From: Octopus sinensis
Taxonomy: Eukaryota
Length of the DNA: 64,000 bases
Direction of reading: 5' to 3'
Assembly: GCF_006345805.1 (NCBI RefSeq)
Contig: NC_043003.1
Location: 80,786,001-80,850,000, forward strand
The stretch's first letter is position 1. The number at the start of each line of letters is the position of its first letter. Below, piece after piece: positions 54,251 through 64,000 of the stretch. The notes under the pieces were generated by a model. It saw only the letters and a list, made by a program, of their open reading frames with translations, had not been told where the DNA came from and made no database searches. The position numbers and the translations under genes were made by a program.

Positions 54251-54935
54251 GCAGTTATAGGGCATAGAACAACAAATTTTGGTACTGAGTTCATGTAATC
54301 CAGGTTGAACAGCAAGATGAAAGTGCAGTAACTGTACTTGAGAAATGTTGAAATCGATTGCAAAGAAAAATGCATGATCAGTTGGTTGATACGTGGGAAG
54401 ATAAAATATCTGCAGATAAAATATCTAATATGTGGCCCATACTAGAAATACAGCATCAGTAACTACAGAGCTCAGGGATAAAGGTAGACAACGAAGGCGT
54501 TATTAGCTGCTCAAGATCAGAGCTCGTTGACCCGAAACTACCAAATCAATGTGATGAAAAATGGAGTAGACACTGTAGGCGCTAAAAGTTTGCATCTCTA
54601 CATGCAAAGTGTTAGCCCCTACACAGTATAAATCAAATAATGGTAGAGTTAGGTAATATCTACACAGCTTAATATGTTGGCATTATAAAATCAAAACTGC
54701 TGGCAAAATGGTATAAGTACCACCCCGAGGTCTTAACTGAGGGAGAAAAATGTTACTATTCTTTGTTACTTTCCAGTACATACAATCAAAGCTAATAAAC
54801 CGGATATTTTTGTGAAAGACAAAAGAAAAGTCTGTTTATTGAATGACATGAGCATCCCTTTGTGATCATAATATCTCGGCAAAATAATTTCACAAGCGCA
54901 GAAAATATGATTTGCTCATTGAAATAAAAACAAAA
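54251..54935 (+). mobile_element. Rearranged family B fragments (short N-terminal piece plus C-terminal region)
   Basis: gcttgcagttatagggcatagaac matches 56223-56246; LAAQDQSSLTRNYQINVMKNG and NKPDIFVKD follow. Confidence 0.75.
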
Positions 54936-54964
54936 TGTGGCATACAGTTCTATATTTAAGAGAT

Positions 54965-55110
54965 GATGAATTATGTACAGTATTTACATTCGACGGATAT
55001 TTATCCCCATCTTATTTGTTATTAACACAATGTTTCGGTTGGTATAACCTCCAGCTTTCTTCATGTGTTTTGGGGAACTTTCGAACCTGGTTCTCATTCC
55101 TAAGGTCCTT
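54965..55110 (-). mobile_element. Second copy of the Penelope-like hammerhead-bearing repeat (core mutated to AUGAAGA)
   Basis: Matches 6290-6440. Confidence 0.55.
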
Positions 55111-55525
55111 TCGATGTTATCATCTTCTACTGCTGATGTTGCTGCTACTACTGCTGCTGCTACCACTGCTGCTGTCACTACTACTACTATTGCTGCCACC
55201 GATGCTGCTACTACTACTGGTACCACCACAACTGCTGATACTACCACTGCTACTGCTGATGCTGTTGCTGCGGCCATTACTATTGCTACTACCACTGCCG
55301 CTCCAACTGCTGACAATGATATTGTTGCTGCTACAACTACTAGGGCTGCTGCTGCTGCTAATGATGATAAATGAGGCCCCTATATGAAAATGAGTGGTTA
55401 AATTTTTTATTTAAATTTTTTATTTTATTTTATTCTTTTTTTATCTTTTATTTCATTTTATTTTATTTATTTATTTATTTATTTATTTAAATTTTTCTTT
55501 TTTTAAGGAAAACTTAATAATAATT

Positions 55526-58500
55526 TAACTTTACTTGAAAAGAAGATTTCTAACAGTACACCGAATCGCTTGTCCAATGGTTATAAAGGAAGCGCGCCCC
55601 TCAGGAGGCTGCCAGCCTGATGGCGACAAATTTTCAAATGGCAGAATATCTTCCCCGAATACGAACCTGGAAGGTCACTTAAACGGGATTTGTCCCAAAT
55701 TAAGCCCCCAAAGTTCACCACCACAACGACCAGAAAATCAAAAAAGTAAAAGAACTAAATGGAACCGGGAAGACTATAAAGAAGTAATATATGCTTATTA
55801 CTTTGCATTAAGTAGGCCAACTCAAGAAAAACACACCGCAAACTCCTACAGAATTTGGAGGAGCCGGAATCCAGCTAGCAGACCAAACCTGGATGAAAAC
55901 AGATTAGCAAATGTTAGAAGAGATATCTTCAGAAATATCAGACTCACAGATGCAGAATTAACCTTTCTTAAAAAAGTGGTAGAGAATGACCGAAATGTAA
56001 GTCAGGAAAGAAATAACGAAGCTGAGGAGAGGAATGTTGGGCTACAAGCATTGACTGAAAGGCGACCATCTGCCGAATCGACTCAAGATCCTGAAGAAGA
56101 AGGAAAATATGACCTCAGGAAAAACAGCCCGGAAAATGATGTCGAAACAGAATTTGAAAATCACATGTTTGTTGAACAACACAGAAAATCTATCATTGAA
56201 ATGAAGCAAGAAGTTCTGAATGAGCTTGCAGTTATAGGGCATAGAACTATGAATGATAGGGAACCACTCCATAAACTCTCAAATGCACACCAACATAAAA
56301 CACAAATAAAAATTGGCAACTGCGTTACACAGGAAATCATACAACAACAAAAACCCGATCTTAATAAATTAAATGAAATTATTTACTCTGTCGCTAAGGT
56401 AATCGAAAGACGCTGTTTAACACCCAAAAAGCCAACAATACCAAAATCGAAAAGAAAATCAAACTGGAGTAGTAGAATTGAAATTGAAATTGAATCATTG
56501 CGAAGAGAGATATCAATATTAACTGAGCTAATCTCTGGAAATGATGTAAGATCAAGAAAAGCAGGAAGATTGTGAGAAAATATGGACATTCAACAAGAGA
56601 AGAACTGATGTCAGCGAAAGAAACACTTAAACAAAAAGTTCAAACAAAAGCTCAGAGAATACGCAGATTTGAGAAAAGAATCAAATTCTACAAACAAAAT
56701 AAGATGTTCAAATCCAATGCCAAATCATTTTACAGGGAAATAAGGAAAGGAAAAATAACCATTGAAAATCCACCCCTAATGGAAGAAGTTGAAATCTTCT
56801 GGAAGGGGATCTGGAGTGATGCGAAACTATACAATGAAAATATCAGAGTGGATCAAACGCACCCAAGATGACTACAAAAATCTACAAGAACAGGTATGGG
56901 AAGACATCTCAATCGCCGACCTAAGGAGAGCACTAACAAAGGCTCATAAGTGGAAATACCCTGGTATTGATAGAGTACCAAATTTCTGGCTCTCATCACT
57001 CTCGTCCGCACACAAAATGTTAGTAATACTATTTAATAGTATTATGAAAGACCCGAAAAAAAAAACACCACATTGGATGGCAAATGGTATTACTTACCTC
57101 CTCCCCAAAAATAACAAGACGAAAGACCCAAAAAACTATCGGCCTATAACATGTTTATCTACTACCTATAAGATCTTGACATCTATTCTAGTAGAGAAAA
57201 CATATACGTTTATGGAAGAGAATAACCTCTTTCCCACTGAACAAAAAGGATGCAGACGAGGCTCATACGGATGCAAAGATCAGCTCCTAATTAATTGCAT
57301 GACCCTTGAGAACTGCCATAACAAGCGCAGAAATCTCAACTCTTCATGGATTGATTATAAAAAAGCCTTTGACAGCATACCACATTCGTGGATTCTGAAA
57401 TCGCTGGACATTTTCAAAATTTCTCCTGTGATTTCAGATTTTTTAAAGTATAATATGTCTCTATGGAACACGAAGCTCCAATAGTGTCATTCTAATGGAG
57501 TATTGCACTCAAACAACATTAGCATAAACTGTGGAATTTTCCAAGGAGACTCACTTTCACCACTAATATTCTGCATAGCACTAATATCACTCTCAAGTGA
57601 ACTGAATATAACAGGATATGGCTACAAAATTGACAACAAGAAAATAAGCCATCTATTTTATATGGATGACTTAAAGCTATATGGCAAAGATGATGAAGAA
57701 CTTGAAGGATTATTGCATACAGTGAAAGGATTCAGTGATGATATCGGGATGGAGCTTGGCCTTGAAAAGTTTGCCAAAGCCACTTTTAAGAAAGGGAAAT
57801 TGGTAAAGTCTAGTTCAATCGAATTAGATGTCGAAATAGTAATAAAGGAACTTGAGCAGGAACAAACCTACAAATACCTAGGAATAAATGAAGGCTCTGG
57901 TATCCCAGCATACAAGCATGAAAGAGAAGGTTGGAAAGAATGTTATAGAAAAGTCCGAGCAGTCGTGAAGTCTGAGCTAAATGCATATAATAAGGTTTTA
58001 GCCATAAATTCCTTAGCAGTACCAGTTGTTCTCTATAGCTTCAATGTGCTTAACTGGAATACTAGTGAAATAATGAAAATTGATAGGAAAATCCGCAAGC
58101 TACTGACTTGTAATAATATGCACCATCCAAAGGCAGACGTGGATCGCCTTTACCTTCCCAGAGTTCAGGGAGGTCGAGATTTGATCCAGCTTGAACTTAC
58201 ATACAAAACCACCACAATCGGACTGGCCAAATACCTTGAAAAACATGAAAGACCTAAAAGACTTCACTCTATTCTCAGAGAGAGCAACAAATTCACTGCT
58301 GATCTTCTAGATACCCACCAGATTGAGCAGGCTGAAGGAAATGCGCCAACTGCAGCTGCAAAGAAAATAAAATTAATTGCGAAGACAAATGCACATGAAA
58401 TTTTAGCTATCAGATGGGAACAGAAACCTCTCCATGGCAAGTATGTGGCCCGTAGCAAACAAGCTGATGTCGACCAGAAACACACGCACCAATGGTTACG

Positions 58501-59343
58501 AAGTTCAGAGCTAAAAGCAGAGAGTGAAGGTTTCATATTAGCTGCTCAAGACCAAAGCTTATTTACCCGGAACTACCAAGCCAATGTGATGAAAAATGGA
58601 GCTGACCCAAAATGCCGATTCTGTAACGATGATATTGAAACAATAGACCACCTAATCTCAGAGTGTAGAGTCTTAGCACCTGCAGAATATAAAGCAAGAC
58701 GTGACAGATTCGGCCAGTATTTACACTGGACAATATGTCGGCATTATAAAATCAAAACCGCTGACAAATGGTATAAACATCATCCTGAAGCTGTGACTGA
58801 GGGAGAAAATGTGCCGATTCTATGGGACTTCCCCGTGAAGACCGACAGGACTATAAAAGCCAATAAACCGGATATCATTATAAAAGATCAGACAAAAAGA
58901 TGTGTTTATTAATTGACATGAGTATTCCCTGTGATCACAATGTAGCGGCGAAAGAATTTGACAAGATTAGTAACTATAAAGACCTGCTAATGGAAATTGA
59001 AAAAATGTTGCATCTCAAGGCGACTGCAGTACCAGTGATTGTAGGATTTCTGAGAATGATAATAAAAGGTACTAAAACCTATTTGAAAATGATTCCAGGC
59101 TTACCATCCCTACAGGAAGTGCAAAATATCGTATTAACTGGAACGGCTCATGTACTGAGAAGAGCACTATCGCTGTGAAAATAACATCCATTCATGAATT
59201 TATTTAGTTGTTAATTTTTAAATACATATTTTATCTGTGAATTTGCGCGTGTAATCTGGGAATGCATACAATGCCCTTCTCTGCCCTAGGTGTATGGAAA
59301 ACACTTGGCGAGAAACGAAAGAAATTTTGAAGAAGGAAAAAAC
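55526..59343 (+). mobile_element. Near-full-length R4/Dong-clade LINE, family B
   Basis: Colinear ORFs 55535-56575, 56572-56871, 56789-57484 (NYRPITCL, WIDYKKAFDSIPH), 57503-58912 (QGDSLSP, FYMDDLKLY, CRFC..ETIDHLISEC, KPDII) and 58900-59178. Short TAA runs at both ends (55516-55525 and 59345 onward). Confidence 0.95.
55535..59178 (+). pseudogene. Disrupted single ORF of family B
   Basis: Frameshifts or stops near 56570, 56830, 57482, 57905 and 58905. Confidence 0.9.
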
Positions 59344-59689
59344 ATAATAATAATGATAATAAAAATAATCATAATAATGATTTCCAATTTTAACACAGCG
59401 CAGGCTTCTCTAGAAGAGGCGGGAAGTCGATTACATCAGCCACAACACCTAATTGATATCTGGCTTATCGTCCACGAAAGAATGAGAAGCAATATAAATT
59501 GAAACTTATAACGTAAAACCGGAAGAAATGGCCCTAAGTATTTTGCCCTGCATGCTAAAGAGTTTAACACTTTTATTTCCTTAATCGTTTCCGCTATACA
59601 CACAAGGCTTGAAATTTTGGTGGAGGGGAGTCAATATCATCAGCCGGCTTGTAATTCGTCGTCTCCTAAGGAATGAAATGAAAGAGAGA

Positions 59690-62600
59690 CGTACTGACTG
59701 AGGGCTGTGAGTACTTGCCAAGCACCTTTTCTCAGTGTACGCTCGATCCAGCATTCTAACTTCGTGAATAAGTTGAGCTACGGGAAATCTTGTTTAACAA
59801 GCAGCGGCCATACCTACTCACTGTCAAGGAAATGCTGGAGATGTCGCAGCTACAAAGCATGTCTGTGCATCATTAGCCTCAGTATGCCTGATCCTCCACT
59901 CACTGACTGTTGATAGCAGATAAAATTTCTGACGGGTAGAACAAGTCCATCGATAGAAAGTGGAAGAGCAGGTGCTCTAGCTTGATCAACCAATAAGCTG
60001 GGCAAGAAACGACGGCCGGGCGTTAATAGATGACGGAAACAATATACGTTCTTTTACCTCCACCGGACCAGTCAGGAACAGCATCCTCTCTGTTTATTTC
60101 TGAATGAGACTGTCACCCTGCTCATCACCTTCCCTAATTCTTATTCACCTGGAGTTCCAGACCAGGCTCCGAGCGTTTTAACCAGTCCTTTTTACCATCG
60201 CCCCACGACGCTATCGGATATGTACCTAAATCTTCAAGTATCGAACTACAGACCCACCAATTTCTGGTTAATCTTTGCTCTTGTCACTTCTTCGTACTTC
60301 GTAAAGGAGTGCCATTCAGTTAGATGTATGAAATGTCCTAGACTACTACGGTGACGTCGCTCATATACGCCGACGCCAAACTTCCTCATCGTAGTTAACG
60401 AGAGATGCCCTTCGAAGCATCCAGCCTCCACAGCAATAACTCGAGCGCAAGCACGTACAGAAGAGGAGAGCACGGGCGTCCATAAGGGACTGAATATGTT
60501 ATACTAAACTATGTCCGATACGTGACCATTTACGCTGACCACCGAACAAATGTCACAGTACATTATTTTTTTTTCTCCAGTCTCAGGTTGTGTTACTGAA
60601 TTCAGATGAAATGTCTCATACATTGTATTTAATTGTTTAGTCATGTCAATCAAAGATTCCATAACGGGAAACTTTACGAAAATGAACAAACGGCGAAGGC
60701 AGGTGGAGTACAAACAAACACATGTATTAGTATAGCGCTCAGGAATAGAAATAGAAAAAGTCTTTTAGGTTTCGAGCCTACGCTCTTCGACAGAAAGATA
60801 CACAGAAAAAAAAAAACAAGGAGAGAAAAATGCGTGTAGGAGCTAACGATCTATCATGGCGTCCTGACTTCGGACAAGATTCCATAGCCACTTCATCAAG
60901 TATTTGACAGTAGAAACAGTCTGTGTCTACAACCCATTTACAGAGCAGATCATATTGTGTATTGACCTTCAGCTGTAGACATCCCATACTTTTGGCATAA
61001 TACTTTACTCTGTTTGCTCATAACATATCTTCTTCTCAAACTTCCTGTTTTTAAGCTTTCGTTCTTAGAGATTGCATAAAGGATTCCTTTGTTTGTCTAT
61101 CATCAGGCAACTTTTACTCAGAAGAAAACTGGTTCTCAAAAGTATGTTCAGTAGAGTCCTTATGATGTCGATGACGGGATGAAAGATAGGTCGTTTGTGC
61201 AGGAGACGATGCATCCACTGGTTACCCTTTAATACTTTGAGGAGACTGAGAATGAGATCTGAACGGAGATATTAAAAAAGAGCTAGCAGATTTTACAAAG
61301 TTTGACTTTGATATAGTAGTGCTATTTAAAGATTAACTTCTTGGAAAATAGTCATTAGGAGTATTCTTCTCCAGGCTTTCTTCAAAGCAATCATTAACAT
61401 AGCTGCCATCACAAGTATAAACAACGATTTCATAGACATTTTTGGAGCAGTCTTCTAATATTTGCACACATTGTTGCAGATGAACAGACTAAATTTGTCA
61501 TTGTCTTTAATACCACATACATCAGGAAGATAGCAGTGTAAGGCCTGTTTAGGATAAGGAGTGAAATGCACCGGAAATGGCTGCAGTTATAAATTATTAA
61601 CATACTCAGAGTTATCATATTCTACAAAACAAAAACTATATATCTACCATCAGCAGCTGTGCTGATTATCTGACCACGATACCACTGGTTGTCCTGTGAA
61701 AACTTGGCCGCAACCATTTTTTTGAGACGTAAGAATTAAATTATGCAAGGAAACTGATCTATACAGCCTCCAAGTATTAGTGGCCGATTGTACCAAAAGC
61801 TTTCGAGTGAATTAAATGTATCAGGACCCCACCCATACTGCATTCTTTACCTTTCCGCTCCATAAGATAAAGTGTGAGATGGGAGTTGTGGATAGATCTG
61901 TTAGTGATAGTACCCGTCTGCGAGTTGCCGATAAGGACCAACACCTTGGTCAAAATCTTGTAGTCCGCGTTAAGCAGAGTTGTATATCTAAATTTATTTA
62001 TTTGCTGTCCCCGGGTGCTTCCGTAATAAGACCACCACTCCACGTCTCATAGCTCTGCTTATTCTCCCGTTCTGCTACCACTTGCTGTAGACTTCAACCA
62101 AAACATCATCGAACTTGTTTGACATAAGAATATAAAGTTCGAAGGTAGACCAACCAACACCAGAGTTGTCTCCCTTCTGCAGCTCATAATCTCGCCCATT
62201 ATGCCTTCCGCTTTTATCGACATTTCGCATGATTCCGTGTCTCTGAGGTAGGGGGTTAAATTCACTCCCGTTCCCGGCTAATCGTATGATCAGTATATTT
62301 CAGCAAAGTACCCTAAATTCAGTACACATCTCCTTGAATTTGAGAAGTATTCGTCCTGTTTTAGCCCATCAAAGATCGAATTCTAGCTTTGTTAATACGT
62401 AGCACCTCCGCTACACTTGCCTATTGAACTGCATTTATTCCCTCGTGTTTCAGGGCATGCGCCTTAGCTCTGAAAAACGCAAACTTCTTTGGTATACAAT
62501 CTTTGTCAATCGCTATGTCTGTCGCTATGCCTTTTCTAAGTGCCTTTTCTCACTACTTAACAGGTCTCAGGTCTGCTAGCCTAGGTGCCTCTAACGCTGT

Positions 62601-63200
62601 TTCATTACTAAACACAAACATATCTACTCTAAGAACCCTTTTTCGGGGTTATTCCCCGTTGGTAGTTCATGATTGCACCCGACAACCTCCGATAGGCTAA
62701 CCTGCTAACTCGGTCTCTGAAAGCTTGACAAGACGCATTCAGTTTGGTTTGCAGTACCCGAAACCCTGACTATGGACACTATCTAGCTCATTCGTACAGA
62801 TCACAAATTTCTAGTCAGTGCTGATGATAACTGCATTTTTTTGACAACTTATGCTACCTCTATCTACAGCCCTGCAAATTACTCAATCTAGATACGATAT
62901 GTAAAACCCGATGAAGTTTACCCAATTCCACATTCCACATTCGACCAGCTGGAAGCAACTGAGCAGGTTCATTTTTCTATCGGCTAAACTAACTCTATCA
63001 AGATGAGCGTTCAATACGGCGGTTCAATCGCTCACTAGCACTAAAGAGAGAGGGATTCCGCTACCCAACCCAATCGGGGGGAGGGGCACACACTAACTAG
63101 TCTAAAAGCACCTCCTTCTCTGCTACACGTATGCAGGACTAAGAATTTACCATCCGGGTCTAGAAAGATTGTCTATAGCTCAACATGCAGGCTTTCCAAA
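59690..63200 (-). mobile_element. Degraded L1/Tx1-like LINE (APE-RT), split by a ~1.2 kb insert at ~60570-61750
   Basis: TLLNADYKILTKVL, HSKAFGTIGH*YL, then MYCDICSVVSVNGH...GRPCSPLLYVLALELLL...SAYMSDVT and MHRHALRLRHL. Confidence 0.8.
60690..60860 (-). mobile_element. Penelope-like terminal fragment
   Basis: The minus strand has gtcgaagagcgtaggctcgaaacct, a degenerate GAAGA...GAAAC motif. Confidence 0.35.
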
Positions 63201-63351
63201 ATAGCACTGTCTCCCCACCTTTCATTCTAGGACGTCACATCCATAGTTAGTGACCTGAGGTTGTTCGGAAGGAGGCTTCGCATCCAGGTGACTCGAGGCC
63301 AGGAAAAATTTATAAAACCCACTCCTAAATCCGCCATGATGATGGAAAAAC

Positions 63352-63429
63352 TACTGCTACAGCAACAACAACAACGACGACGACGACGACGACGATGACG
63401 ACGACGACTACAACGACGACGACGACGAC

Positions 63430-63462
<33 letters not shown>
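63352..63462. repeat. Compound microsatellite (CAA)n(CGA)n(TGA)n
   Basis: Directly visible. Confidence 0.9.
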
Positions 63463-64000
63463 AGATGGCTAGTGTCTGTATTATGGATGATAGAAACAAA
63501 GTAATAAAGAAAAACAGTGAAACTAGATGTCATATGACTACGATAGCTGAATTTATAGCATTCAAACAAGCGTATGACTAATAGAGTCGCCACTCGCCAA
63601 ATTCAGGAGATCTTAAAATATAGATTTTTTTGGTGCTAGAAATCGCCCACAAATACTTATACGAAAATGTACACAAACGCTCACGATTAATTGCTCCCGA
63701 TGCTGCAAACGCACGTAGGTGATTCCTGGGGCTGGCGATGAAGACAAAATTACTACAACTAGACGTAATAGCGTCGATTATTATAATAGTTATGAAAATC
63801 ACTACAAAAAATGTTACAAACATCGGCACACAAATTGAAAATTTGAAGTCTAGTTTCTTTCCTGAATAAAAATAAAATATTTTGGTAAGTCATTATTAGC
63901 CACACAAGCAGTATTACTTCATAATAGCAATCATTTTATCTTGCTTAACGAAGATATGCTGTAGAAAGTCAGAAAACTGTGATATTCGTCTCGAGAAAGC

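Noticed and set aside
54935-55387. Thr/Ala-rich mucin-like ORFs on both strands
   Set aside because: Degenerate (CTA/CTG)n triplet repeat fused to a repeat fragment; open in several frames for compositional reasons.
61069-61141. Splice-flanked open segment DCIKDSFVCLSSGNFYSEENWFSK
   Set aside because: It lies inside an insert that splits an L1 remnant, and the opposite strand looks like a decayed element ORF; most likely a chance exon.

Overview
This 64 kb window is AT-rich, repeat-saturated eukaryotic DNA. It is most likely intronic or intergenic sequence from an octopus (coleoid cephalopod); this is inferred from the tRNA-derived SINE families and the (AT)n/(ATT)n/(ATAC)n density, not from a database search. 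No complete host gene, rRNA, tRNA gene or CRISPR array can be supported, only a few weak splice-flanked exon candidates. The window is dominated by R4/Dong-clade non-LTR retrotransposons (single ORF: N-terminal domain, RT with YMDD, CCHC knuckle, PD..D restriction-like endonuclease). Two are near-full-length but disabled (18109-22404 minus; ~55526-59343 plus), and many fragments from at least five families end at (TAA)n microsatellites. Also present are an internally deleted Gypsy element, an RTE-clade LINE, L1/Tx1-like remnants, two mariner remnants, another DNA-transposase remnant and several SINEs. The most interesting observations are: (1) a ~540 bp non-coding element ('X', 3 copies) that sits in the same (TAA)n targets and orientation as the Dong LINEs; (2) copy-specific tandem reiteration of the first 19-25 nt at the 5' ends of X and of the LINE; (3) a ~10 kb head-to-tail train of these elements; (4) a ~760 bp foldback carrying two inverted hammerhead-ribozyme cores, plus a second hammerhead-like repeat family; (5) a near-perfect 306 bp inverted duplication. 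Boundaries of degraded elements are approximate and were read by eye.
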